Below are positions 16,670 to 25,504 of a stretch of DNA of 32,000 nt, in pieces. The notes under the pieces were generated by a model that saw only the letters and a program-made list of their open reading frames with translations, made no database searches and was not told where the DNA came from. The DNA is taken from positions 1,620,001-1,652,000 of the forward strand of contig NC_010296.1 in the NCBI RefSeq assembly GCF_000010625.1, read 5' to 3'. Numbering within the stretch: the stretch's first letter is position 1; each line of letters opens with the position of its first letter. The stretch comes from Microcystis aeruginosa NIES-843 (GTDB taxonomy: Bacteria; Cyanobacteriota; Cyanobacteriia; Cyanobacteriales; Microcystaceae). The position numbers were made by a program, and so were the translations under genes.

Positions 16670-17851
16670 TTAACTACTGCTTAAGCGTTGTACGGTCTCT
16701 CCCGACAATAATCGATGAGTTTCGGCGAGAAGATAGGGAATTTGATCAGCGTGGGGACTAGCGGCTAAACAGGCAGTTAAATCGAGTTTTTCCACCTCTT
16801 TTGCCTGTTGACCGGGGAACCAGTGACCCCCATTCCCCAAGAGATTGTATCTGGCCTTGGCAAAGTCGATCATATCGTAGGCGATAGCGAGATTGCGTAA
16901 CCAGAGGATAGAAGGAATATTGATGTGATTGGGGGTATTTTCCCAGCTAGGTAAACCCACAGACCAAGTTTTCACCCAATTATCGCCTAAACAGTTGATC
17001 ATTTCCCCTTGCAATCTCTCGATAATTGGCGGTAAAATCTCCTCGGCTCGATCGAGTAAAGGTAAAGTTTTCAGGTGTTCATCAAAATCTCTGGCTCGCG
17101 CAGCACCGATACTCAGGGTATGGACGGTCGGATGACTGAGACAGAATAGGTCATTAAAAACCATCGGACTGAGAGGAAAACAGAGAGCCACGAGCTTAGG
17201 GGGAGGATTGTAGAGATGGCCGCCCTTATCGGAGGGACTAATGATAAAAACCCCCATATCGTGCTGTTTTGCCGCTTCTATGGCCGGCCAGTTATTCTGA
17301 AAAATATAGTACCAGTGCAGATTGAGGTAATCGTAACAATTTGTTGCAATAATCTTGACAATTACATCAGTTGGTGCATGGGTCGAGAAACCGATAAAAC
17401 GAACTTTTCCCTGTTGCTGTAATTTTTTCGCCTCTTGCCAACAACCGCCCTCGGCCATAGTGTCATCGAGAATTTCCTCGGTGTTGATGCCATGGATGCC
17501 CAACAAATCCACATAATCTAACCGTAAAAATTGCCTGGATTGCTCAAATTTACGGCGAAATTCCCGCACATCTTGACTAGGAGAAACTTTCGTCTGCACG
17601 ATAATCTTGTCCCTCGGTAGTTGCGGCAAAATTTTGCCTAATTGCATCTCCGAAGTGCCGTAACCCCTAGCGGTTTCGATGTGATTAATCCCCACTTCCA
17701 GAGATTTATTGATGATTGCCTCTAAATTGCCTTGATTCTCGTCGGGAATTTGCGACATCGGCACATCCTGCCACTGAAATTGATAGCGCATTCCCCCACA
17801 GGAAAACATCGGCATTTGTAGATTAGTGCGACCGAAACGACGATACTGCAT
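16670..17851 (-). CDS. Aldo/keto reductase family oxidoreductase
   Basis: 393 aa. It carries the AKR signatures GINHIETARGYG and DLLGIHG, plus a C-terminal extension. Confidence 0.85.
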   Translation of the reverse strand: MQYRRFGRTNLQMPMFSCGGMRYQFQWQDVPMSQIPDENQGNLEAIINKSLEVGINHIETARGYGTSEMQLGKILPQLPRDKIIVQTKVSPSQDVREFRRKFEQSRQFLRLDYVDLLGIHGINTEEILDDTMAEGGCWQEAKKLQQQGKVRFIGFSTHAPTDVIVKIIATNCYDYLNLHWYYIFQNNWPAIEAAKQHDMGVFIISPSDKGGHLYNPPPKLVALCFPLSPMVFNDLFCLSHPTVHTLSIGAARARDFDEHLKTLPLLDRAEEILPPIIERLQGEMINCLGDNWVKTWSVGLPSWENTPNHINIPSILWLRNLAIAYDMIDFAKARYNLLGNGGHWFPGQQAKEVEKLDLTACLAASPHADQIPYLLAETHRLLSGETVQRLSSS

Positions 17852-17854
17852 ATA

Positions 17855-18005
17855 TTCAGTTATCAGTTATCAGTGGGAAGTGAGGAGATGGGGAGGTGGG
17901 GTGATGGGGTTTTAGGGTTTTAGGGTTTTGGGGTATTAGTTGAAACTTCCCTATTTCCGCATTCTCCCATTCCCCCATTCCCTATCCCCTGTTCCCCGTT
18001 CCCTA
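17855..18005. repeat. Intergenic spacer built almost entirely of short tandem repeats
   Basis: It contains CAGTTAT x2-3, then GGGGWRK heptamers, then GGTTTTAG x3, then C-rich heptamers (cattccc/tatcccc/tgttccc/cgttccc). Confidence 0.85.
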
Positions 18006-18008
18006 AAT

Positions 18009-18773
18009 TTAATCGGATAAAGTGAGAATTTCGACACCGGTTTCGGTGACGGCGATGGTGTGTTCAAATTGGGCCGAAAGTTTACCATCTTTAGTAATAG
18101 CAGTCCAACCGTCTTTTAAGACAATATGTTGCCAGGTTCCCTCATTAATCATTGGTTCAATGGTGAATACCATGCCGGGGCGAATTTTTTTGCCCTTGCC
18201 ACGAGTGCCGTAGTGGGGAACCTGCGGACCGGTGTGAAAAACATTACTGATACCATGACCGACAAAATCTCTAACCACCGAAAATCCTTGTCCTTCGGCA
18301 TATTCTTGGATAGCCGCCCCGATATCGCCGATTTTACCCCCCGGCTGCACTGCATCTATGCCTCTTTGTAGACATTCTCTGGTAACTTCCACTAACTTTT
18401 TGGCCAGGGGGGAGGGAGTACCAACAAAGAAAGTCTGCGAGGTATCGCCGTGATAACCTTCTAAAATCGGGGTGACATCGATGTTAATAATATCGCCGTC
18501 TTTGAGGATTTGATCGGCGCTGGGGATGCCGTGACAGATAACCTCGTTAATGCTAGTACAGATGGACTTAGGAAAACCATGGTATCCTAGGGGCGCACTT
18601 TTGGCTCCATGGGCGCGAGTCCAACGTTCTGCCTCGTCATTGATTTCTAGGGTACTTACCCCCGGTTTAACCATATCGGCCAGATGGTCTAACAGTTTAG
18701 CCGCTAATCGTCCGGCTCGACGCATTTTTTCAATTTCCCGGGGAGAGAGTAAGGTGATGGTATCGTTGCCCAT
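18009..18773 (-). CDS. map: Type I methionyl aminopeptidase
   Basis: 254 aa. The MetAP metal-ligand contexts are present (VICHGIP, DIINIDV, GHGIS..FH, FTIEPMI, FEHTI). Confidence 0.95.
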   Translation of the reverse strand: MGNDTITLLSPREIEKMRRAGRLAAKLLDHLADMVKPGVSTLEINDEAERWTRAHGAKSAPLGYHGFPKSICTSINEVICHGIPSADQILKDGDIINIDVTPILEGYHGDTSQTFFVGTPSPLAKKLVEVTRECLQRGIDAVQPGGKIGDIGAAIQEYAEGQGFSVVRDFVGHGISNVFHTGPQVPHYGTRGKGKKIRPGMVFTIEPMINEGTWQHIVLKDGWTAITKDGKLSAQFEHTIAVTETGVEILTLSD

Positions 18774-18846
18774 GAATTATCCGACTGTTGAGAAAGATTC
18801 TTGTTACATTTCTTATCCTAGCAAAATCGGGCAGCGTTATTGTTTA

Positions 18847-18955
18847 GGGGGTTGGGTTATGGGAGTGGGGGAGATGGGGAAGTGGGGAGATGGGGTGTAG
18901 GGTGTGGGGTGTGGGGTGTGGGGTGTAGGGTGTGGGGAAGTGGGGAAGTGGGGAG
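18847..18955 (+). repeat. G-rich heptamer tandem repeat tract (GGGGTGT / GGGGAAG / GGGGAGA)
   Basis: About 14 consecutive heptamers, each with a G3-G4 run. The same GGGGTGT unit occurs inside the subfamily-1 MITEs. Confidence 0.9.
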
Positions 18956-19160
18956 ACCACTTCGTGCGCGTTGCGGGGGGAAATGGGGAGAATAAATAAA
19001 AATAATCTCCTGTCTCCTGTCTCCTGACTACTGATAACTGAGGTTCTTCGTTACTTGGTATGGTTCAATAGGGTGGCATAAATCGACTAAATCCTTATCT
19101 GGCAAGAGTTCTATTGATTAGTTCGTTCTAGATCGAAAACAATTGACAAAAATCGCATCA

Positions 19161-19204
19161 ATGTCCTTTTCTATAAGGGATGAAACCCTTATAGAAAAGG
19201 ACAT
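19161..19204. other. Perfect 19-bp-stem hairpin
   Basis: ATGTCCTTTTCTATAAGGG (19161-19179), loop atgaaa, then CCCTTATAGAAAAGGACAT (19186-19204). It lies inside a 187-bp insertion (19041-19227). Confidence 0.8.
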
Positions 19205-19231
19205 TGCATAGCACAAACCGAAGAACCATAA

Positions 19232-19294
19232 CTGATAACTGATAACTGATAACTGATAACTGATAACTGATAACTGATAACTGATAACTGATAA
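19232..19294 (+). repeat. (CTGATAA)x9 perfect heptamer tandem repeat
   Basis: Nine exact units (63 bp), ending 28 nt 3' of the pstB stop. Confidence 0.95.
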
Positions 19295-19321
19295 CTGTCT
19301 CCTATCTCCTGACAAGACAAA

Positions 19322-20131
19322 TTAACCGAATCTACCGGCTACATAATCGCGAGTTTGTTGATTAACTGCATCGGTGAAAATTTTCTGGGTGGCATCACAT
19401 TCCACCAAATGACCGACGCGGCTTTCATCGGTATTAAAAAAGGCCGTGCGATCGGATACCCTAGAGGCCTGTTGCATATTATGGGTGACAATGACGAGCG
19501 TGTATTGTTGCTTCAATTCATGGATTAATTCCTCGACTTTGAGGGTAGAAAGGGGGTCTAAAGCGGAACAAGGTTCATCCATTAATAATACTTTTGGTTT
19601 TACCGCCAAAGCGCGAGCAATACACAATCTTTGTTGTTGTCCTCCCGATAATCCTAAAGCGGATTTCTTCAACAGATCTTTAACTTCATTCCAAAGAGCA
19701 GCTCCTTTTAAAGCTGATTCCACAATCCCATCTAATTCACTGCGACTAGCGGAACGATAAATTCTAATACCGTAGGCAATATTATCGTAAATACTAGCGG
19801 GAAAAGGGTTAGGGCGCTGAAACACCATACCCACCTGTCGCCGTAAGGTATGAAGGTTAACTTTGGGGGCGTAGATATCCTGGCCAAAAAACCTAACTTT
19901 GCCCTTAACTGTCACTTGCCCCTCTAATTCCCCGATGCGATTGAGGGCTTTTAAGAGAGTAGATTTACCACAACCAGAGGGGCCGATCATGGCGGTTACT
20001 TGCCTTTGCGGGATTTGTAAAGAAACCCCTTCCAGGGCTTTTTTGCTACCGTAGAAAAAGCTAAGATTTTCGACTTCGATCGCCGAATTAGCTAGAGAAG
20101 TAGGACTGTTCATGAGAGAGGAATCGATCAT
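19322..20131 (-). CDS. pstB: Phosphate ABC transporter ATP-binding protein PstB (system 1)
   Basis: 269 aa. It has Walker [10 protein letters not shown], the ABC signature [14 protein letters not shown], Walker [13 protein letters not shown] and the PstB C-terminus DYVAGRFG. Confidence 0.95.
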   Translation of the reverse strand: MIDSSLMNSPTSLANSAIEVENLSFFYGSKKALEGVSLQIPQRQVTAMIGPSGCGKSTLLKALNRIGELEGQVTVKGKVRFFGQDIYAPKVNLHTLRRQVGMVFQRPNPFPASIYDNIAYGIRIYRSASRSELDGIVESALKGAALWNEVKDLLKKSALGLSGGQQQRLCIARALAVKPKVLLMDEPCSALDPLSTLKVEELIHELKQQYTLVIVTHNMQQASRVSDRTAFFNTDESRVGHLVECDATQKIFTDAVNQQTRDYVAGRFG

Positions 20132-20142
20132 CAGAAAAATGC

Positions 20143-21027
20143 TTAATTTGAGCGTTTACGAGTGACAAAACGGGAGAGAAGGCTAGTAATTAAAACTAAG
20201 ATAATTAGGACTAAAGAAGCTGTCCAAGCCAAGGAATTTTGTTCAGGAAAGGGGGAACTAGCGTAGTTATAAATCAACACCGTTAAAGCCGGTGTGGGCG
20301 ACCAAAGACTTTCTTGCCAAAATTGACTAAATAAAGCCGTAAACATTAAGGGAGCGGTTTCTCCAGCGGCCCGGGCCACCGCTAATAATATCCCGGTCAT
20401 AATCGGTGCGATCGCTGCTGGTAGGACAATGCGAAATACCGTATCGAAACGGGAACCCCCCAAAGCGGAGGAACCGAGACGGTAGGACATAGGTATTAGT
20501 TTTAGGGCCTCTTCCGTGGTTAAAGCGATGATGGGCAACATAATCACCCCCAAAGCAAAGGCCCCCGCCACGGCGGAAAATTGTTTGGTAGTTAACACCA
20601 AAACCCCGAAGGAAAACACCCCGACGATGACGGAAGGGGTACTACTCAACACCACGATCGCAAAGCGCAGAATGCCGCCAATTTTGGAACCCCGAGCGAA
20701 TTCCGAGAGGAAAACCCCGGTGAGAATCCCCAGAGGTATGCTGCCTAAAGCCGCTAAACCGACCATAGTTAAAGTACCCACGATCGCATTGGCAAAACCG
20801 TTGGGAACACTGGGATCAGAGCCAACTGGGGCGGGTAAAGAGGTGAAAACTTGCCCATTGAATCCGGGTAAACCTTCTTTGACAATTTGAAAGAGGATAG
20901 CGAATAAAGGTAGAATGGCGATGGCACTAAGAGCGATCGCTAAACCCGTGAGACCGTTGGTAAAAAAATGTCGCCAGGGTGACAGGGGTTGCTGTAAATC
21001 TTCTTCGGGAAAAGCTCCTTGGCTCAT
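20143..21027 (-). CDS. pstA: Phosphate ABC transporter permease PstA (system 1)
   Basis: 294 aa. It is polytopic, has the EAA-loop [10 protein letters not shown], and sits between pstC and pstB. Confidence 0.93.
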   Translation of the reverse strand: MSQGAFPEEDLQQPLSPWRHFFTNGLTGLAIALSAIAILPLFAILFQIVKEGLPGFNGQVFTSLPAPVGSDPSVPNGFANAIVGTLTMVGLAALGSIPLGILTGVFLSEFARGSKIGGILRFAIVVLSSTPSVIVGVFSFGVLVLTTKQFSAVAGAFALGVIMLPIIALTTEEALKLIPMSYRLGSSALGGSRFDTVFRIVLPAAIAPIMTGILLAVARAAGETAPLMFTALFSQFWQESLWSPTPALTVLIYNYASSPFPEQNSLAWTASLVLIILVLITSLLSRFVTRKRSN

Positions 21028-21031
21028 AAAA

Positions 21032-22006
21032 TTAACGATTGCGGTTGATAAACTGTACTAATAAAGCCGCTACACTATTGACGGCTAAGGTAATAAAAAA
21101 TAGAATCAAAGCTAGATACATCAAAGCTCCGATGTGGATTTTTTCAAAAGCTTCTGGGAAGGTATTAGCTAGTACAGCGGGAATGGTGTAACCGGGGGCC
21201 AAGAGGGAGGGAGTAATAATCGAGGAGTTACCGATTACCATGGCCACCGCCATAGTTTCCCCTAAAGCGCGCCCTAAACCGAGGATAATCGCCCCGATAA
21301 TGCCAGAACTCGCCGCCGGCAACAGCACGCGCCAGATGGTTTCCCAACGAGTCGCCCCTAGGGCCATGGAGGCGCTGCGTAATTCGGGGGGGACGGTAAG
21401 CAAGACATCGCGACTGATAGCGGAAATGGTCGGCACGATCATGATCGCCAGGATCACACCGGCGATCAGCATACTTGGTCCCAAAGGTTGGGTATTAAAC
21501 AAAGGGAACCAAGCAAAATTTTGAAATAACCATTCTTGCAGGGGTTTAAGCACGGGAATTAGCACGAAAATCCCCCATAAACCAATAATTACACTGGGAA
21601 TCGAGGCAATTAATTCCACTAGAAAACCGATGGGATAACGGACACTTGCCGGCAAATAATTCTCGCTAGTGGTTAAAGCAACGGCGACACTGAGGGGAAT
21701 AGCTAATAAAAGAGCCAGAATCGAGGAAACGATCGAACCGAAAATAAAGGGTAAACCACCAAATTTGAGGACGTTAACATCCCAAGTGGTTCCCCAGAGA
21801 AATCCCCAACCGAATTCATTGATCGCCGGCCGCGCATCCTGAAAAACAATCCAGGCCATCCACAGCAGAAAAATTAAACCGGAGGCGGCACAAATCCAGA
21901 CTAGAATCGTAAAAATGCGATTGAATAAACCCGCAGTGCCGGGGCTTTCGTTAAGATTGGCCGCCGAGAGATCAAAAGACTCAACGGGTTCAGAAAAATT
22001 AGCCAT
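21032..22006 (-). CDS. pstC: Phosphate ABC transporter permease PstC (system 1)
   Basis: 324 aa. It is polytopic, has the EAA-loop GRALGETMAV, and lies 4 nt upstream of pstA. Confidence 0.93.
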   Translation of the reverse strand: MANFSEPVESFDLSAANLNESPGTAGLFNRIFTILVWICAASGLIFLLWMAWIVFQDARPAINEFGWGFLWGTTWDVNVLKFGGLPFIFGSIVSSILALLLAIPLSVAVALTTSENYLPASVRYPIGFLVELIASIPSVIIGLWGIFVLIPVLKPLQEWLFQNFAWFPLFNTQPLGPSMLIAGVILAIMIVPTISAISRDVLLTVPPELRSASMALGATRWETIWRVLLPAASSGIIGAIILGLGRALGETMAVAMVIGNSSIITPSLLAPGYTIPAVLANTFPEAFEKIHIGALMYLALILFFITLAVNSVAALLVQFINRNR

Positions 22007-22055
22007 AAGGTAGAGAGCGATTACCAGTTATCAGTTGTTTAAAACGCAACTGTAG

Positions 22056-22076
22056 GGGCTGAACAATGTTCAGCCC
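22056..22076. other. 10-bp-stem palindromic hairpin in the pstS1-pstC1 spacer
   Basis: GGGCTGAACA a TGTTCAGCCC. Confidence 0.6.
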
Positions 22077-22184
22077 AGAGAAAAGAAATACTTGCAGTTA
22101 TTAGTTATGGGGTTAACCGGTAACTTTTTTCCATCTTACTGGAAAGCGGTGACAATCAAGTTCAAACTAATACAAAAGTATTTA

Positions 22185-22396
22185 GGGTTTGCGGCAAAAA
22201 GTACGGGCGAAGCATTCGGTTAGAAAATCTCCGGTTTCACCGATAGGTTATTGCCCGAATGCTTCGCCCCTACAGGACGCGGGCCGATGAAGACGCAAGG
22301 TTTTGAACGACGATTCTCTCAAAATTTGCACCTGTTTCGCTCGTAAAGCCACAAAACCCTTACCTTGCCTACATTTCACATTTATTCAGCAAACCC
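22185..22396 (-). mobile_element. MITE, subfamily 2 (212 bp), in the pstS1-pstC1 spacer
   Basis: It has the same termini as subfamily 1 (GGGTTTGCGGCAAAAAGT...TTATTCAGCAAACCC) and is flanked by TA/TA (22183-22184 and 22397-22398). An internal 15-bp stem pairs 22205-22219 with 22255-22269. It ends 3 nt from the pstS1 stop. Confidence 0.85.
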
Positions 22397-22399
22397 TAT

Positions 22400-23440
22400 T
22401 TATTTAATTTTGTTAACTTCGGCTAAAACTTTTTCTGTCACCGATTGAGGAATCCGGGTAAATTCCAATTGATTGTTGATTCCTTGACCGGTGGTGAGAA
22501 TCCAAGTCAACAGTCTTTTAATTTCCGCCGCTTTTTTGTTATCAGCATAGTCTTTCGGTACTAATAACCAAGTAATCCCGACGATCGGATAGCCATTGCT
22601 CGGATCATCTACATTAGCGGTAAAATCGGCGTTAAATTTGATCCCTTCCATCGCCTTGTTAGCTTGAGCGAGACTGGGTTCGACAAATTGACCGGCTTTA
22701 TTTTGAATTCTGGCGGTTCTCATGGTTGCCCCTTCGTTTTTGCGGGCAAAGGTATCTTGAACGTAACCGATCGAGCCTTCTGTTTGTTTAACCAGGGCCG
22801 CCACACCATCATTTTTCGGTCCCTTGAGAACGGTAAAACCCCAGTTAGGTTCTTTGCTGGTTCCCACTTTACTTTTGAAGGAAGAACTAATCGCGCTCAG
22901 GTGAGAGGTAAAAATCTCGGTAGTACCGCTACCATCAGCCCTAACCACTACTTTAATCGGTCGGTCGGGCAGTTTCGGATCTACTTGTTTCCAGTTGGTG
23001 ATCTCGCCACTGAAGATTTTACCGAGGTTAGCCCTGGAAATTTGCAGGTTATTTACCCCGGGCAGATTATAAACCACGGCGACGGCTCCTCCGGCGGTGG
23101 GAACTAGCAGTAAACCGTTTTTCATCTGGCTTTTTTCCGAGGAGGAAGGAGCGGCATCGGAAGCCCCAAAATCGACGGTTCCGGCGATAAATTGCCGGAC
23201 ACCAGCACCGCTACCGACGGAATTATAGTTAACGGTGACACCGGTGGCGTTTTTATAGTCGGCAAAATAACGCTGGTATAGGGGCGCGGGAAAGGAGGCT
23301 CCTGCACCGTTCAGGGTTTGGGCGAAAGCTTCTCCCATCGTCCCTGCTAAGGCCGCTGCCGTGGCGAAGGAGACAGCACACACACGAGTTAGGGTAGCAG
23401 TTGAGAATATCATAAATTTTCTGGTTGAAGAATCCTGCAC
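22400..23440 (-). CDS. pstS: Phosphate-binding protein PstS (system 1)
   Basis: 346 aa. A signal peptide ends ..GEAFA-QT, and the PstS motifs GAGASFPAPLY and GSGAGVRQF..GTVDFGASD are present. The ORF-track start at 23440 is a GTG, and the ATG at 23413 is an alternative. Confidence 0.93.
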   Translation of the reverse strand: MQDSSTRKFMIFSTATLTRVCAVSFATAAALAGTMGEAFAQTLNGAGASFPAPLYQRYFADYKNATGVTVNYNSVGSGAGVRQFIAGTVDFGASDAAPSSSEKSQMKNGLLLVPTAGGAVAVVYNLPGVNNLQISRANLGKIFSGEITNWKQVDPKLPDRPIKVVVRADGSGTTEIFTSHLSAISSSFKSKVGTSKEPNWGFTVLKGPKNDGVAALVKQTEGSIGYVQDTFARKNEGATMRTARIQNKAGQFVEPSLAQANKAMEGIKFNADFTANVDDPSNGYPIVGITWLLVPKDYADNKKAAEIKRLLTWILTTGQGINNQLEFTRIPQSVTEKVLAEVNKIK

Positions 23441-23522
23441 AATTGGGAAAGTTGAACTTTCTTCAAAATATAGTTTAAGGCATAAATATTACTTTTAAAT
23501 CTAGAAATATTGGAGATTTTTT

Positions 23523-23563
23523 TGGTTAAGATTCGGTAAAATTTCGGTTAATTTTAATTTAAA
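23523..23563 (-). promoter_or_regulatory. Pho box (SphR/PhoB-type): four 8-bp repeats at 11-bp phasing upstream of pstS1
   Basis: In gene orientation: TTTAAATT aaa ATTAACCG aaa TTTTACCG aat CTTAACCA. Matches to PyTTAAPyPy(T/A) are 7/8, 6/8, 6/8 and 8/8. The proximal box lies 83 nt from the GTG. Confidence 0.65.
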
Positions 23564-23676
23564 AAGTTCACAGCTTTTGGCAATAATTTAGATCGATCAA
23601 GACTACAATCCATTGTATCTATTCATACTAAATCCGTTGAGTATAGGCTAGTTATGAGGAGAGGCAAGAGGCAAAA

Positions 23677-23772
23677 GGGTGAATAAATAATCAGTTTTTA
23701 ATAACCGGATTTAGTATAAAAATGGGTAAAACCCCACACCCTGCACCCACGAAAAACTTTTTCAGCAGACCC
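23677..23772 (-). mobile_element. Degenerate or short MITE copy (subfamily-1 right end)
   Basis: 23725-23772 (GGTAAAACCCCACACCCTGCACCCACGAAAAACTTTTTCAGCAGACCC followed by TA) aligns to 9800-9857. The left part shows only GTGAATAAAT similarity. Confidence 0.5.
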
Positions 23773-23834
23773 TAATTAGGGTTGATCAAGCTTTTTGCCG
23801 GTGATTTGGCTAATATATACCCGTTGGCTAATCT

Positions 23835-24110
23835 TTACTCCTGATCTGAAGATTGTCCGAAAAGATGCTCTACGATTCGCTTAACTTCTGTACGGATACC
23901 GGTGACTTCGTTGCGGAAAAACTGCCGATCGCTCTCAGCTTGAGTGATAAATTGATTTAAGCGCTCGTTGGTTCCTTCGAGACTCCCTGCTATTGTCCTA
24001 ACCTCACGGGTTAGCTGTGCTATATCTTCTCGATTCTGTTGCGTGAGGACAACGGTAGCCTGTACTATGCTCTCGATCCGTTCTAATCTTTCATCCGTCA
24101 TGGGTGACAA
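23835..24110 (-). CDS. Hypothetical coiled-coil protein (91 aa)
   Basis: A heptad-rich, charged sequence (ERLERIESIVQATVVLTQQNREDIAQLTREVRTIAGSLEGTNERLNQF..) with no recognised domain. It lies between the two pst operons on the same strand. Confidence 0.55.
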   Translation of the reverse strand: MSPMTDERLERIESIVQATVVLTQQNREDIAQLTREVRTIAGSLEGTNERLNQFITQAESDRQFFRNEVTGIRTEVKRIVEHLFGQSSDQE

Positions 24111-24154
24111 TCCCTTTAGAGCTTTTTATCTGTCTCTCTACTTAGAATTATATA

Positions 24155-24186
24155 GGGCTTGCTGAATAAATCTAAAAACCTTGTTG
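24155..24186 (-). mobile_element. Solo MITE end fragment (32 bp)
   Basis: TA + GGGCTTGCTGAATAAATCTAAAAACCTTGTTG matches 9644-9675. The homology stops abruptly. Confidence 0.6.
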
Positions 24187-24409
24187 ACATAGTTGGCATA
24201 GAAGCCATGTTTAGTCTTAGCCATCTCAAACAAACTAAAGTCGATCAAGAAGCAATAAAAGAAGGTAGAGAAGAAGGTCAACAACGGGGAAAATTACCAG
24301 CAAAATTTAGATTATATTACCCTCGCTACTGCCTTAGACTTAGACAGGGAAAGGGGGCGAGAAGTTCCCGAAAACTGCCGTCAAAATCTCTCCGTAATCG
24401 GGCAATTTT

Positions 24410-24541
24410 ATGAAACTAATTCTCTCCGTCCTGATGACTCTTTTTATCTTTGGTTTTGCTATTCGTTTATTGGCTCTGATTGGTTTCGCTGTCATACTTT
24501 TAACTATTAGCGCCAAACGTTTTCGCAATCAGTTAAGTTAA
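24410..24541 (+). CDS. Possible small membrane protein (43 aa), absent from the ORF track
   Basis: ATG at 24410. MKLILSVLMTLFIFGFAIRLLALIGFAVILLTISAKRFRNQLS, then TAA at 24539-24541. It is a hydrophobic helix with a basic tail and has no homology support. Confidence 0.3.
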   Translation: MKLILSVLMTLFIFGFAIRLLALIGFAVILLTISAKRFRNQLS

Positions 24542-24615
24542 TCGTTTTTCAATCATTCCCTGGGGAAAAAATTAATCTATACCGGGGTCGTGAATAAGGA
24601 TTAATTATTAATCCT

Positions 24616-25413
24616 TTAACCAAAACGACCGCTAACATAATCTCTAGTGGACTCTTGAGCGGGATTTTGAAAGATTACCTCGGTGCGATCATATTCCACT
24701 AAATAACCTACTTTACCGCCTTTTGGGGTCGGTTCAGCATTATAAAAAGCCGTTAAATCAGAAACCCGCGACGCTTGTTGCATATTGTGGGTGACAATAA
24801 CTATAGTATATTGGGTTTTCAATTCGTGAATTAATTCCTCAATTTTTAGGGTAGAAATCGGATCGAGTGCCGCACAGGGTTCATCCATTAAAACAACTTC
24901 CGGTTTAACCGCAATAGCGCGGGCAATACATAACCTTTGTTGTTGTCCCCCCGATAAAGCTAAACCACTTTCTTTGAGTTTATCTTTAACATCATCCCAG
25001 AGAACGGCTTTTTTTAAAGATTCTTCCACTAATTGATCCATATCGCCGATGTAACCATTTAAGCGCGCCCCAAAAGCGATATTTTCATAGATAGATTTAG
25101 GGAAAGGATTCGGTTTCTGAAAAACCATACCAATACGACTGCGTAACCCGATAGGATTAACGGAATTACCATAAATATCTTGACCGCGAAAGGTAACTTT
25201 TCCCTCAATTTTGGCACTTTTAACCAGATCATTCATGCGATTAAAACAGCGTAAAACCGTACTTTTCCCGCAGCCAGAGGGACCGATAAAAGCGACCGCT
25301 TTTTTCTCAGGAATATCAAGGTTAACATCACGAACAGCGAGATTAGAACCATAGTAAACATTTAAATTTTTGGTTCTCAAAACCGCATCGGTAACAACAT
25401 CGGTACTATACAT
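24616..25413 (-). CDS. pstB: Phosphate ABC transporter ATP-binding protein, second tandem copy (PstB')
   Basis: I trimmed the ORF-track entry (24616-25581) to the ATG at 25413 ([22 protein letters not shown]..), giving 265 aa. It has Walker [25 protein letters not shown] and the tail DYVSGRFG. Confidence 0.92.
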   Translation of the reverse strand: MYSTDVVTDAVLRTKNLNVYYGSNLAVRDVNLDIPEKKAVAFIGPSGCGKSTVLRCFNRMNDLVKSAKIEGKVTFRGQDIYGNSVNPIGLRSRIGMVFQKPNPFPKSIYENIAFGARLNGYIGDMDQLVEESLKKAVLWDDVKDKLKESGLALSGGQQQRLCIARAIAVKPEVVLMDEPCAALDPISTLKIEELIHELKTQYTIVIVTHNMQQASRVSDLTAFYNAEPTPKGGKVGYLVEYDRTEVIFQNPAQESTRDYVSGRFG

Positions 25414-25504
25414 AATTTTCAAAGGAATAGGTGTTGGGGAAAAGGGAAAAGGGAGAGGAGGAGAGGGAAGAAAAAAGCTGATAACTGATAACGGATAACT
25501 GGAT

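Noticed and set aside
17905-17935. Telomere-like GGTTTTAG/TTTAGGG repeats
   Set aside because: There are only three units, embedded in a mosaic of other short tandem repeats on a bacterial chromosome. It is just another STRR variant.
19118-19315. 65-aa ORF (..[21 protein letters not shown]..)
   Set aside because: It is simply the translation of the (CTGATAA)9 tract and the adjacent insertion. The periodic peptide is a repeat artefact. The same applies to 30237-30503.
24159-24413. 84-aa ORF treated as a gene
   Set aside because: It starts inside a MITE end fragment and ends in Arg/Lys-rich out-of-frame sequence. It looks like a frameshifted relic, so I did not call it as a CDS.
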